From the NCBI GenBank assembly GCA_964476965.1, contig CAYZCV010000003.1, positions 1,184 to 65,183 of the forward strand: DNA of 64,000 bases. Reading direction: 5' to 3'. The position numbers were made by a program, and so were the translations under genes. Every line of letters begins with the position of its first letter. Position 1 is the first letter of the stretch. The stretch comes from an uncultured Opitutus sp. Its GTDB lineage: Bacteria > Verrucomicrobiota > Verrucomicrobiia > Opitutales > Opitutaceae. Shown here in pieces: positions 53,577-63,654 of this stretch. The notes beneath the pieces were generated by a model. That model saw only the letters and a list, made by a program, of their open reading frames with translations. It was not told where the DNA came from and searched no databases.

Positions 53577-53680
53577 TAGCCACAGATGACCGGCGCCCGC
53601 AACGGACACCAGAACCCGTCCGCCCGTCAACTACCCCGCCGGTGTCGGGTGCTGCCATCTGTGGCTATCTTTCTTTTCCG
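53577..53680 (+). other. Extended imperfect stem-loop with a T-rich tail between the thiolase and CoA-transferase genes (attenuator, terminator or processing-site candidate)
   Basis: TAGCCACAGATG (53577-53588) pairs with CATCTGTGGCTA (53656-53667). An inner tier ACCGGCG (53589-53595) pairs with CGCCGGT (53637-53643). An apical CGGAC/GTCCG hairpin follows, then TCTTTCTTTTCC. Confidence 0.35.
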
Positions 53681-53691
53681 TCCCGTTCCCC

Positions 53692-55044
53692 ATGAATAAA
53701 GTCTACCCCGACGCCCCCACCGCCCTCGCCGGCCTGCTGCGCGACGACCTGACCATTGCCGCCGGCGGCTTCGGCCTCTGCGGCATCCCGGAAAATCTCA
53801 TCGCCGCCCTCGTCGCGAGCGGCGTGCGTGGGCTCACCATCGTGGGCAACAATGCGGGCGTCGACGACTTCGGCATGGGCCTGCTCCTCAAATCCCGCCA
53901 GGTCCGCAAGGTGCTTGCCTCCTACGTTGGCGAAAACAAGGAGTTCGAGCGCCAGGTCCTCGCGGGCGAACTCGCGCTCGAGCTCGTGCCCCAGGGCACG
54001 CTCGCCGAGCGCATCCGCGCCGGCGGCGCGGGCATCCCCGGCTTCTACACCCGCACCGGCTTCGGCACCGCGCTCGCCGAGGGCAAGGAGACCAAGGTCT
54101 TTGACGGACGCGAGTACGTCCTCGAGCCCGCGATCCGCGCCGATGTTGCCCTGGTCAAGGCCTGGAAGGGCGACCGCGCCGGCAATCTCGTGTACCGCCA
54201 CACCGCGCGGAATTTCAATCCGATGATCGCCACCTGCGCGAAGGTGACCATTGCCGAGGTCGAGGAACTGGTCGAAACCGGCGAACTCGATCCGGACCAG
54301 ATCCACACGCCGGGCATCCACGTCGACCGCATCCTGCAGGGCGCCAGCTACCAGAAGCGCATCGAGTTCCGCACCGTCCGCGGGGCCGCCGCGTCCAAGA
54401 AGGAATCGCCGATCCGCGATCTCATGGCGCGTCGCGCCGCGCGCGAATTGCGCGACGGCTATCACGTGAATCTCGGCATCGGCATCCCGACGCTCGTGGC
54501 CAACTTTATTCCGCCCGGCATGGATGTGACTCTGCAGTCGGAGAACGGTCTGCTCGGAATCGGTCCCTTCCCGGAGGAATCCGCCGTCGATGCCGACCTG
54601 ATCAACGCAGGCAAGCAGACCATCACCACGCTCCCCGGCTCCGCCTTCTTCTCCAGCGCCGACTCCTTCGCGATGATTCGCGGCGGGCACATCGATCTCT
54701 CCATCCTCGGTGCCCTCGAGGTGGCCGAAAACGGGGACATCGCCAACTGGATGGTCCCCGGAAAAATGGTCAAGGGTCCCGGTGGTGCGATGGACCTCGT
54801 CGCCGGCGTCCGCCGCGTGGTCGCCGTGATGGAGCACTGCGCCAAGGACGGCAGCCCCAAGCTTCTCCGCCAGTGCTCGCTCCCGGTCACCGGTCGCGGG
54901 GTGGTCAATCTCATCATCACCGATCTCGCCGTCTTCGACGTGAAACCGAGCGGCGGACTTGTCCTGACCGAACTTCATCCCGGCGTCAGCCTCGACGAGG
55001 TTCGCGCGAAGACGGGCTGCCCGTTCGAGGTCGCCCTCGGCTAG
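53692..55044 (+). CDS. 3-oxoacid CoA-transferase, fused A and B subunits
   Basis: [13 protein letters not shown] (subunit A) and [12 protein letters not shown] (catalytic Glu in the SENG motif of subunit B) lie in one 450-aa polypeptide. Confidence 0.85.
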   Translation: MNKVYPDAPTALAGLLRDDLTIAAGGFGLCGIPENLIAALVASGVRGLTIVGNNAGVDDFGMGLLLKSRQVRKVLASYVGENKEFERQVLAGELALELVPQGTLAERIRAGGAGIPGFYTRTGFGTALAEGKETKVFDGREYVLEPAIRADVALVKAWKGDRAGNLVYRHTARNFNPMIATCAKVTIAEVEELVETGELDPDQIHTPGIHVDRILQGASYQKRIEFRTVRGAAASKKESPIRDLMARRAARELRDGYHVNLGIGIPTLVANFIPPGMDVTLQSENGLLGIGPFPEESAVDADLINAGKQTITTLPGSAFFSSADSFAMIRGGHIDLSILGALEVAENGDIANWMVPGKMVKGPGGAMDLVAGVRRVVAVMEHCAKDGSPKLLRQCSLPVTGRGVVNLIITDLAVFDVKPSGGLVLTELHPGVSLDEVRAKTGCPFEVALG

Positions 55045-55053
55045 ACCATCACC

Positions 55054-56679
55054 ATGCGTGCCCGTCGCTCGGCCCTCGCCCGCATCCTCGCCATCGCCGT
55101 CCTCATGCTGGTGGGTCCCGGCGCCGGGTCCGCGCGGGCCGCCGCGGGGGTCGTGTCCGCCGCCAGTCCCGAGGCTGCGGCGGCCGGACGCGAGGTCCTC
55201 GAGCGCGGAGGCAACGCCATCGACGCCGCCGTGGCGGTGGCCTTCTCGCTGGGCGTGACCGAGCCCGCCATGTCCGGCCTCGGAGCGGGCATTCAGATTC
55301 TGCTGCAAGCCCCGGGTCGCGAACCGCTGGTGATCAATGGCACCTCACTCGCCCCGGCCAACATCCCAGCAGGCGCAACCGCCCGCGACCTCATTGCCCA
55401 CCGCGCGACCACCGTGCCGTCGAGCGTCCGCACCCTCGACCACGCCTGGCGTCGCCATGGGAGCGGACGCCTGAGCTGGGCCGACCTGCTGGCCCCGGCC
55501 ATCCGGTCCGCCGAGGAGGGCTTTGTCCTCGGCCCCTTCCGGCACAAGGTCCTGCAGCGCACCGCCGCCAGTCTCCGGACGCACCCGTCGGGCGCGGCGT
55601 TGATGCTCAACCCCGATGGCTCGGTCCCCGCCGCCGGCACCCTTTGGCGCCAGCCTGTCCTGGCCCGCACGCTCCGTCGGCTCGCCACGCACGGCGCGGC
55701 GGATTTTTATCACGGCGAGATCGCCCGGGAGATCGCAGCGGACATGGCAGCTCACGGCGGCTGGATCACGGCCGAGGATCTCGCACGTCTGCCCGAGCCG
55801 CGGGAGCAGCCGGCGCTCCGCGGCACCTACCGCGGCTGGGATGTCGCCACCCTTGCCCCACCGGCCTCGGGCTGGGTCGTGCTCCAGATCCTGAACGTCC
55901 TCGAGCAATCGGCTCCGGCCGAACTGGCTCCGGGCAGCTCTACCCGCGACGAACGACTGGTCGAGGCCCTGGCCATCGGCCACGCCAGCAACCAGCGCAA
56001 CCCGATTCACGACCCCGCCGATCCCGTGGCCGAATCCGCGGGACGGATCTCCAAGCAAACCGCTGTCGAGCTGCTCACCGCCGCGCGGGCCCGCAACCCG
56101 GGTGAGACCACGCATTTTTCCGTGGTCGACCGCGAAGGCCTCGCCGTGGCCGTGACCACCAGCATCAACAACTACTACGGCGCCCAGGTCGCGAGCCCCT
56201 CGCTCGGCTTTCTCTACAACGACTACATGCATGAGTTCGTGCTCGATGACCCGGCCCATCCCTTTGCGCTTCGCGGGGGAGCGCGGCCCTTCTCCTCGAT
56301 GAGCGCCCTGATCCTTTCGCGCGGCGGCGTGCCGCACCTGGCGGTCGGCAGCCCCGGCAGCGCCCGCATCATCTCGGCGGTGAGTCAGGTCGTGCAGCTC
56401 TGGGCGGACGGCCAGGGCAACATCGCCGCCGCCGTGGCCGCCCCGCGCTGGCACCTCATCCCGCCGGACCGGCTCTACTCCGAGGGCCAGCCCGCCGGCT
56501 GGCGCGAGCGCTTTGCTCAGCGCGGCTGGCGGTTCCCCGATGTGCCCACCGATCTGGCGCTGAACGGACTCAACGCCTACTTCGGCGGCGTCCACGCAAT
56601 AGCCTGGGAAAACGACCGCTGGACCGGCGCCGCCGACCCCCGGCGTGATGGCGCCGTCGAGACAGCCGCCGGGCCCTGA
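55054..56679 (+). CDS. ggt: Gamma-glutamyltransferase (Ntn hydrolase), secreted
   Basis: Signal peptide MRARRSALARILAIAVLMLVGPGAGSARA. GGNAIDAAVA, the autoprocessing site GETTHFSVVD and the GSPGSARI motif. Confidence 0.85.
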   Translation: MRARRSALARILAIAVLMLVGPGAGSARAAAGVVSAASPEAAAAGREVLERGGNAIDAAVAVAFSLGVTEPAMSGLGAGIQILLQAPGREPLVINGTSLAPANIPAGATARDLIAHRATTVPSSVRTLDHAWRRHGSGRLSWADLLAPAIRSAEEGFVLGPFRHKVLQRTAASLRTHPSGAALMLNPDGSVPAAGTLWRQPVLARTLRRLATHGAADFYHGEIAREIAADMAAHGGWITAEDLARLPEPREQPALRGTYRGWDVATLAPPASGWVVLQILNVLEQSAPAELAPGSSTRDERLVEALAIGHASNQRNPIHDPADPVAESAGRISKQTAVELLTAARARNPGETTHFSVVDREGLAVAVTTSINNYYGAQVASPSLGFLYNDYMHEFVLDDPAHPFALRGGARPFSSMSALILSRGGVPHLAVGSPGSARIISAVSQVVQLWADGQGNIAAAVAAPRWHLIPPDRLYSEGQPAGWRERFAQRGWRFPDVPTDLALNGLNAYFGGVHAIAWENDRWTGAADPRRDGAVETAAGP

Positions 56680-56766
56680 GGAACGCCGCGGAGACGATAG
56701 GGAAACAACGGGTTGCGCTCCTCGGCGCCGGCGCTTGAATCTCGGATTCGTCCGCCTGTCTCTCCC

Positions 56767-59745
56767 ATGCCCGCCGTCGCCCCAGATCCCACCGGGATCG
56801 TTTCTGCCGCCGAACTGGCCACCCTCGCCTCCCAACTGGAAGGCGAGCTCCACCTCAGTGAGGGCATGCGCCGGCTCTATGCGACCGACGCCTCGGAATA
56901 CCAGGAACTGCCCATCGCCGTGGCCATGCCGCGGACCGAGGGTGACCTGAAGGCCCTTCTCCGCTTTGCCGGCCAGCACGGCATCGGTCTGATTCCCCGC
57001 ACCGCCGGGACCTCCCTCGCCGGGCAGGTCGTGGGCCACGGGCTCGTGGTCGATCTCGGCCGTCACCTGAACCAGGTCCTCCATTACGACGCGTCCCGCC
57101 GTCGTGTTCACGTCCAGCCGGGCGTGGTCCGCAACGAGCTCAACCGCCAGCTGCAGACCCACGGGGTCTTCTTCACGCCCGAAACCTCCACCGCCAACCG
57201 CGCGATGATCGGCGGCATGGTCGGCAACAACTCCTGCGGCGCCAACTCAATCGTCTACGGCTCCACCCGCGATCACCTGGTCTCCGCCCGCGGCTTCCTC
57301 AGCGATGGCTCCGAGGTCACCTTCGGTCCGCTCACCCCTGCGGAGTTCACGGCCAAGTGCGCCGCCCCCGACTCCCTCGAAACCCGGATCTACCGGCTCA
57401 TCCGCGACCTCCTCGGCGATCCCGCCAACCGCCAGCTGATCCGTGACCACTTCCCCAAGCCAACCGTCACTCGCCGCAACACCGGCTATGCGCTCGACCA
57501 GCTGATGGAAAACGCGGTTTTCGATCCGACCTCGGACCGCCCGTTCAATCTCTGCCGCCTCCTCGCCGGTTCCGAGGGCACCCTCTTCCTCGGCGTGGAA
57601 TTCGAGCTGAATTGCGAACCCCTGCCGCCACCCGGCGCGCTGATGTGCGCCCACTTCCCCACGGTGCAGGATTCGCTCCATGCCACGCTGGTCGCCATGC
57701 GCTACCGTCCGTCCGCCTGCGAGCTCATCGACAAGACGATCCTCGACTGCACCAAGAGCAATCTCGAGCACGCCAAGAACCGCTTCTTCGTCCAAGGCGA
57801 TCCCGGCGCCGTCCTCGTGGTCGAGATCCGCGATGCCGACCGCGCCGTGGTCGAGAAAACAATGGCATCACTCGAAGCCGACCTTCGCGCCGCCGGCCTG
57901 GGCTATGCCTTTCCCGTCCTCTGGGGCGACGAGGGCAACCGCGTCTGGGACCTGCGCAAGGCCGGCCAGGGCCTGCTCAACAATGTCCCCGGCGATGCCC
58001 AGCCGCGCGAGGTCGTGGAGGACACAGCCGTCGCGGTCGAGGATCTCCCCGCCTACATCGCCGAGTTCGACGACCTGATGCGGAACAAATACGGCATCGC
58101 CAGCGTGTACTACGCCCACGCCGGGGCCGGCGAACTGCACACCCGGCCGCTCTTCAACCTTAAGACGCCCCAGGGCCTGAAGTTCTTCCGCGGCATCGCC
58201 ACGGACGTCGCCGCCCTCGTGAAGAAGTACCGCGGCTCCCTCTCGGGCGAGCACGGCGACGGCCGCCTGCGCGGCGAGTTCATTCCCTTCATGGTCGGAC
58301 CCGAGTGCTACGCCATGATGCGCCAGGTCAAGGCGACCTTCGATCCGCAGGGCCTATTCAATCCGGGCAAGATCATCGACACGCCGCCGATGGACAGCCA
58401 CCTGCGCCACACGCCCGGCCACCCCGATCCGGAGATCAAGACGCTCTTTGACTTCACCGCCAGCGAGGGCGTCCTCCGGGCGACCGAGAAGTGCACCGGC
58501 GTCGGCGAATGCCGGAAGTCCCACCTCATGGGCGGCACCATGTGCCCGAGCTACATGGCCACGCGCAACGAGAAGGACACCACCCGCGCGCGCGCCAATA
58601 TGCTCCGCCACGTCCTGACGGAATCCCGCGCCGGAATGAACGCGTGGGACAATCAGCAGGTGAAGGACGTGATGGACCTCTGCCTCTCCTGCAAGGGCTG
58701 CAAGTCCGAGTGTCCCTCCAATGTCGACGTCGCCCGCCTGAAGGCCGAGTGGCAGCAACACTACCTCGACGTACACGGCGTGCCTTTCCGCTCCCGCCTG
58801 ATTGCCGGCTTCAGCGCATCCATGCGCCTGGCCTCACTCCTGCCCGCCGTTTACAACGGAGTCGTCACCACCCCGTGGCTGGCCAACGTGGTCAAGCGCC
58901 TCGCCGGCTTCGCCCCGCAGCGCAGCCTGCCCACCCTCCATCGCACGACGCTCGCCGCCTGGCATCGCCAACATGCGAACCCGTCCTCGCTGCGCTACCC
59001 ACACGGTCGCGTCCACCTGTTCTGCGACGAGTTCACGAACTATAACGACACCGCCATCGGCATCCAGGCGGTCGAACTCCTCAACCGGCTGGGTTACGAG
59101 GTCGTCATCCCTGCCCACGTCGACAGCGCGCGCGCCCATCTCTCCAAGGGGCTCGTCCGTGACGCGCAGGCCCTCGCCATCCGCAATGTCGAACTGCTCA
59201 AGGACGTCATCACCGACGAGGCCCCACTCATTGGCATCGAGCCCTCCGCGATCCTGGGCTTCCGCGACGAGTATCCCGACCTCATGCCCGCCGCGTTGAA
59301 GAAAGCCGCAGCCACCCTCGCCAAACGGGCGCTGCTGATCGACGAGTTCATTGCGCGCGAGGCCATGGCTGGGCGGATCACGTCGGCCGCCTTCACTCCG
59401 GCGGCTCGCACCATCGCCCTGCACGGCCACTGCCACCAGAAGGCCCTTTCCTCGATCGCCCCGACCGTCCGGATGCTCCAACTTCCGTCCGGCTACAAGG
59501 TCACTCCCATCGCCTCCGGCTGTTGCGGCATGGCCGGGTCCTTCGGCTACGAGAAGGAGCACTACGCCCTCTCGCAGCAGATCGGCGAACTCGTGCTGCT
59601 CCCCACCGTGCGTTCGGCCCCGACCGACACGCTCATCGCCGCGCCCGGCACCAGCTGCCGCCACCAGATCAAGGACGCGACCGAGCGCACCGCTCTCCAT
59701 CCGGTGGAGATTTTGCACGCCGCCCTGCTCCCGGCCGCGCGCTGA
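56767..59745 (+). CDS. FAD-binding oxidase fused to a (Fe-S)-binding/CCG domain (YdiJ-like D-2-hydroxy-acid dehydrogenase type)
   Basis: Track ORF 56713..59745 trimmed to ATG 56767. N-terminal FAD_binding_4 pattern (PRTAGTSLAGQ), a GlcD-like C-terminal part (GSLSGEHGDG), ferredoxin-like CPSYMATRNEKDTTR...CLSCKGCKSECP and C-terminal CCG motifs (HGHCHQKA, GCCGMAGSFG). Confidence 0.85.
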   Translation: MPAVAPDPTGIVSAAELATLASQLEGELHLSEGMRRLYATDASEYQELPIAVAMPRTEGDLKALLRFAGQHGIGLIPRTAGTSLAGQVVGHGLVVDLGRHLNQVLHYDASRRRVHVQPGVVRNELNRQLQTHGVFFTPETSTANRAMIGGMVGNNSCGANSIVYGSTRDHLVSARGFLSDGSEVTFGPLTPAEFTAKCAAPDSLETRIYRLIRDLLGDPANRQLIRDHFPKPTVTRRNTGYALDQLMENAVFDPTSDRPFNLCRLLAGSEGTLFLGVEFELNCEPLPPPGALMCAHFPTVQDSLHATLVAMRYRPSACELIDKTILDCTKSNLEHAKNRFFVQGDPGAVLVVEIRDADRAVVEKTMASLEADLRAAGLGYAFPVLWGDEGNRVWDLRKAGQGLLNNVPGDAQPREVVEDTAVAVEDLPAYIAEFDDLMRNKYGIASVYYAHAGAGELHTRPLFNLKTPQGLKFFRGIATDVAALVKKYRGSLSGEHGDGRLRGEFIPFMVGPECYAMMRQVKATFDPQGLFNPGKIIDTPPMDSHLRHTPGHPDPEIKTLFDFTASEGVLRATEKCTGVGECRKSHLMGGTMCPSYMATRNEKDTTRARANMLRHVLTESRAGMNAWDNQQVKDVMDLCLSCKGCKSECPSNVDVARLKAEWQQHYLDVHGVPFRSRLIAGFSASMRLASLLPAVYNGVVTTPWLANVVKRLAGFAPQRSLPTLHRTTLAAWHRQHANPSSLRYPHGRVHLFCDEFTNYNDTAIGIQAVELLNRLGYEVVIPAHVDSARAHLSKGLVRDAQALAIRNVELLKDVITDEAPLIGIEPSAILGFRDEYPDLMPAALKKAAATLAKRALLIDEFIAREAMAGRITSAAFTPAARTIALHGHCHQKALSSIAPTVRMLQLPSGYKVTPIASGCCGMAGSFGYEKEHYALSQQIGELVLLPTVRSAPTDTLIAAPGTSCRHQIKDATERTALHPVEILHAALLPAAR

Positions 59746-59777
59746 GGCCGGCGCCGCACGGGTAGCGATGTGGACGC

Positions 59778-61361
59778 TCAACGCGTCGACGCCGCCGGGT
59801 CCTGACGCAGCAGCAGCCGGCCCGGCCGGGCATCAAGGAACTTGCCCTCCGTGATCGTCGGCACGCCGTTCACAAAGAGGTGCACGATGCCCTCGGCATA
59901 GGAGTGCGGACGCTCGAACGTCGCCGTGTCCTTGATCTTCGCCAAATCAAAGACCTGCAGGTCAGCATACGCGCCCTCGCGGACAAAACCGCGGTCGCGC
60001 AGGCCATGGACCGAGGCCGTCAGGCCGGTGCCGGTGTAGATCGCGTGCTCCAGCGTGATGATCTTCCGCTTCACGACATTCCGCTCAATTTTATGGGGGA
60101 AGGCACCATACGTGCGCGGATGCGGCACACCCTCGCCAAAGACCGGTGCCCCGCCGTCGGTGTCCGTCATGTTCCACGCCTGCTTCATGAAGGCGTCGCT
60201 GTCGTATTCATTGATCGTGAAGGACACGACCGGCACCCGGCCACCGGAGTCCTTGAAAAGAAACATCACGGTGTCGGTCGGGTCCTCGTTGCGCTCCTTG
60301 GCGATGTCGAGCAGCCGGCGGCCTTCGAAGGCGGGGTTCTTCGGGTACTGGGTCAGTTGAATATGTTCCGCACCCCCGCGACGGCGCAGATTGGCCTCCA
60401 CGCCGGTGATCATTTCCGGATCATTGAGCCGGCCGAGAATGGCGGAGGGGCCGCCGTCCTGCGCCCATTGCGGAATGAGGTAGGCCATCAGCGAGGACGA
60501 TGAGGCCAGGTAGGGATGCTGGTCGGACCACACCTCGAGGCCCTCGGCGCGGGCCTTCTCGATGTTCTCGATCATCTGCTTCGACATGCCCACCGCGCGC
60601 GGGCCCATCGTCTTGATGTGGGTCACGATCGCCGTCTTGCCTGTGGCGCGCGCGACCTCGATCACCTCATCGACCGCGCCGACGGCGCCGACATTGTAGT
60701 CCGCGTCATCGCGGACATGCGCGGTGTAAAGACCATTGAACTCCGCTGCGACCTGCGCAAGAGCGATGACCTCCGACGTCTTGGAGTGATTGGCCGGCTG
60801 GTAGAAAAGTCCGTCCGACAGGCCCCACGAACCCGCCTCCATCGCCGCGCGCACCAGCCGGCGCATGGCCTCGAGCTCGTCGCGCGTCGGGTCGCGCTCG
60901 TCGTAGGCCATCGTCTCGATGCGCACGGAATTGTGGCCGATCAGCGGCACGATGTTCACGCCCGGCTGGTTCTCGACCAGCGACTTGAACTGCTTGGGCA
61001 GATCGGTCGGCCCGCCGCCGTCGTGATTGATCACGGCGGTGGTGATGCCCTGGTGCGCGAGGGCGCGGACACCCGCGCGGCTGGCGACCATGAGCGAGTC
61101 GGTCGCATGGGAGTGGGGATCGATGTAGCCCGGCGCCACGTACAGGCCGGTCGCGTCGATGGTCCGCGCGGCCGTCGCCGTCGCGGGGATGCGCCCGACC
61201 GCCACGATGCGGTCGCCCGTGATCGCGACATCGGCGTAGCGCCAGGGGGTGCCCGTGCCGTCGAGCAGGCGGCCGCCGCGGATGATCAGATCGTAGGATT
61301 GGCCCGAAAGGACCCCGAGCAGGGAGACGAAGACCAGCAGGAAGGCGGACAGACGTTTCAT
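59778..61361 (-). CDS. Secreted N-acyl-D-amino-acid deacylase (D-aminoacylase) family amidohydrolase
   Basis: Track ORF 59778..61679 trimmed to ATG 61361 (MKRLSAFLLVFVSLLGVLSGQ signal peptide). YDLIIRGGRLLDGTG and PGYIDPHSH (HxH metal site), with length and architecture typical of D-aminoacylases. Confidence 0.75.
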   Translation of the reverse strand: MKRLSAFLLVFVSLLGVLSGQSYDLIIRGGRLLDGTGTPWRYADVAITGDRIVAVGRIPATATAARTIDATGLYVAPGYIDPHSHATDSLMVASRAGVRALAHQGITTAVINHDGGGPTDLPKQFKSLVENQPGVNIVPLIGHNSVRIETMAYDERDPTRDELEAMRRLVRAAMEAGSWGLSDGLFYQPANHSKTSEVIALAQVAAEFNGLYTAHVRDDADYNVGAVGAVDEVIEVARATGKTAIVTHIKTMGPRAVGMSKQMIENIEKARAEGLEVWSDQHPYLASSSSLMAYLIPQWAQDGGPSAILGRLNDPEMITGVEANLRRRGGAEHIQLTQYPKNPAFEGRRLLDIAKERNEDPTDTVMFLFKDSGGRVPVVSFTINEYDSDAFMKQAWNMTDTDGGAPVFGEGVPHPRTYGAFPHKIERNVVKRKIITLEHAIYTGTGLTASVHGLRDRGFVREGAYADLQVFDLAKIKDTATFERPHSYAEGIVHLFVNGVPTITEGKFLDARPGRLLLRQDPAASTR

Positions 61362-61472
61362 GGGATCACGCAGGTTGAGGATTCTCCGAGGAGGGTCGGC
61401 GCACCGGCCGCAGGGGCCCGGCAACCCCGTAAGGCTGCTCAATCCAAATGGACTGTTCAACAGCATTGTTGA

Positions 61473-61485
61473 AACATTTGTTGCA
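61473..61485 (+). promoter_or_regulatory. AT-rich motif AACATTTGTTGCA in the D-aminoacylase / LysA-like divergent region
   Basis: Next to the inverted repeat TTCAACA-GCAT-TGTTGAA (61456-61473). Lies 75 bp upstream of the LysA-like ATG. Confidence 0.3.
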
Positions 61486-61559
61486 TCGGGCCCCACCCAC
61501 CCGCGCGCGCGGGCAAAACCGCTTGCGCGGAACCTCCCGCGCTGACGCAATCGCCCCGC

Positions 61560-62807
61560 ATGCCGACCCGCCGCTCCTCCCCCGCCACCGCTGCCTGGTG
61601 GTCCCGCCCGGGGCTGGGCTTTGTGCAGGGTGACCTGCAGCTGGGCGGCCAGTCGCTGGCCGGGCTCGCTCGCCGGCACGGCACCCCGCTGTACGTGTAC
61701 GATGGCGCCCGCGTACGTGACAATCTAGGACGACTTCAGGCGGCGCTCGCGGCAACCGGACTAGGGACCCGCGTCTTCTACGCGATGAAGTCGAATCGTA
61801 GCCTGCCGCTGCTGGCCTCGCTGCACCAGCACGGCGGATGCGGGGTCGACACCTGCTCCCCCGCGGAGGTCCGCCATGCCCGCGGCGCCGGGTTCGCGCC
61901 GGACCAGATTTCCTTTACCGGCACCTCCCTCAGCGATGCCGACCTGCGCGATCTGCTGCGGCACGACGGCCTCATTCTCAATCTGGACTCGCGCCACGAC
62001 ATCGCCCGCGTCGGCAAGCTTGCCCCCGGCCGCCGCGTCGGCCTGCGCATCAACCCCGGCCTGGGCATCGGCTACCGGCGTAATCGCCTCCTGCGCTACG
62101 CCGGCGGCGGCGGGACCAAATTCGGGCTGCACCGCGAGCAGTTCGCGGCCGCCCTGCGCGAGGCACGCAGGGCCGGCCTCGTTGTGGAGGGCCTGCACTT
62201 CCACACCGGCTGCGGCTTCCTTACGCCCCAGCTTCCGGTCCTCGACCAGATCTTCAAGGCCTGCGCCTGGTTCATCCGGCAGGTCCCTGGCCTGCGCTAC
62301 CTCAATCTGGGCGGCGGCCTCGGCCTCCCCCTGGTGCCGGGCGACCGACCGCTCGATCTGAACGCCTGGGCCGGACTCGTGACGCGTCACTTCGGCAAGC
62401 TCGGCGCTGAAATCTGGTGCGAGCCCGGCGACTATCTCGTGAAGGACGCCGGGGTCCTCGTCCTGGAGGTCAACACGGTCGAGACCAAGGGCCGCACGCT
62501 CTACGCCGGCGTGAACGGCGGCTTCAGCATCCATCTCGAGCCCGCGTTCTACCAGCTGCCCCTCTGCCCCGTTCCGTGCCGCGCTCCGTCGCCGCGCGCA
62601 AAGCTCCGCCCGACCACCCTCGCCGGCAACATCAACGAGGCGCTTGATCTCCTGCACCGCGACGCCGCGCTGCCGCCCCTGCGCAATGGCGACCTGCTGG
62701 CCTTCCTCAACGCGGGCGGCTACGGCGCCTCCATGGCCAGCAACCACTGCCTGCGCGGCACCTTCGCCGAGGTTTTCCTGCCGCCCCCCGCCACACCGCA
62801 GCCATGA
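61560..62807 (+). CDS. Group-IV PLP decarboxylase (diaminopimelate / ornithine decarboxylase family, LysA-like)
   Basis: TPLYVYD, VFYAMKSN (PLP lysine), LNLGGGLG, CEPGDYLV and NAGGYGASMASN. Confidence 0.75.
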   Translation: MPTRRSSPATAAWWSRPGLGFVQGDLQLGGQSLAGLARRHGTPLYVYDGARVRDNLGRLQAALAATGLGTRVFYAMKSNRSLPLLASLHQHGGCGVDTCSPAEVRHARGAGFAPDQISFTGTSLSDADLRDLLRHDGLILNLDSRHDIARVGKLAPGRRVGLRINPGLGIGYRRNRLLRYAGGGGTKFGLHREQFAAALREARRAGLVVEGLHFHTGCGFLTPQLPVLDQIFKACAWFIRQVPGLRYLNLGGGLGLPLVPGDRPLDLNAWAGLVTRHFGKLGAEIWCEPGDYLVKDAGVLVLEVNTVETKGRTLYAGVNGGFSIHLEPAFYQLPLCPVPCRAPSPRAKLRPTTLAGNINEALDLLHRDAALPPLRNGDLLAFLNAGGYGASMASNHCLRGTFAEVFLPPPATPQP

Positions 62808-63607
62808 GCGCCGATCCCACCCCGATCCTCGCCGCGCTCACCACCGAGCTGGGCTCGCCGCCCGATCTCACGCCCGGCGATCTCGCCGCACTCGCGACCG
62901 CCGCGGCCGACGCGCCGCAGCTCCGCCGCTGGCTCAAGCGACGGCTCGCGGGCGAACCGATCGCGCACATCATCGGCCGCTTCGTCTTCCACGGACGCGA
63001 GTTTCTCGTCGACAAGCGCGCCTACGTCACGGACCCCGAACTCATTCACCTCGTCGACGCGGTGCTCGCTGCGGCCCGCCGTTTCGCCGCGGCGCACGGC
63101 CGCGCGCCGCTGCTGGCCGAGATCGGCGTCGGTTGCGGCAGCCTGGCGCTCACGCTCAAGCACGCCTTTCCGGAAGCCCGTGTGGTCGGACTCGACCTCG
63201 ATCCCGATGCGCTCGCCGTCGCCGCCCGCAATGTCGAACGCCATGGTCTGGCGATCACGCTGATCGAGAGCGACCTCTTCGCCAGCTGGCCCGCCGATCT
63301 GCCGCCACCGGACTTGATTTACGGCGATCCGCCGTGGGGCGATGAGAGCATGCTCTACGCCGATGACCGGCCGGCCGGACACTACCAGGCCATGCCGCCG
63401 GTTTCCGCCTTTCCACTGGGTGGTCCCACCGGCGTGCATAGGCAGATCCTGCAGGATGTCGCCCGGCGCGGGTGGCCCTCCGAGGTCTGGCTCAATGGGG
63501 GCGTGATCGCCCGCGAGGCGCTCGTCGCGCTGGGCTCACTTGCCCCCGCGCACACCGTGCTTTCGCCCGGCCCTGGAATTTCGCTTCTGCGGTGCGGTCC
63601 GGCCTGA
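62804..63607 (+). CDS. Class-I SAM-dependent methyltransferase (HemK/PrmC-like architecture, DPPW motif IV)
   Basis: The start ATG overlaps the LysA-like stop (ATGA). LAEIGVGCGSLAL (motif I), GLDLD, IYGDPPWG (motif IV). Confidence 0.6.
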   Translation: MSADPTPILAALTTELGSPPDLTPGDLAALATAAADAPQLRRWLKRRLAGEPIAHIIGRFVFHGREFLVDKRAYVTDPELIHLVDAVLAAARRFAAAHGRAPLLAEIGVGCGSLALTLKHAFPEARVVGLDLDPDALAVAARNVERHGLAITLIESDLFASWPADLPPPDLIYGDPPWGDESMLYADDRPAGHYQAMPPVSAFPLGGPTGVHRQILQDVARRGWPSEVWLNGGVIAREALVALGSLAPAHTVLSPGPGISLLRCGPA

Positions 63608-63654
63608 ATTTGCTTTAAAGCCCCCGGCTTCATCGGGAGATTCCTGATGCCGCC

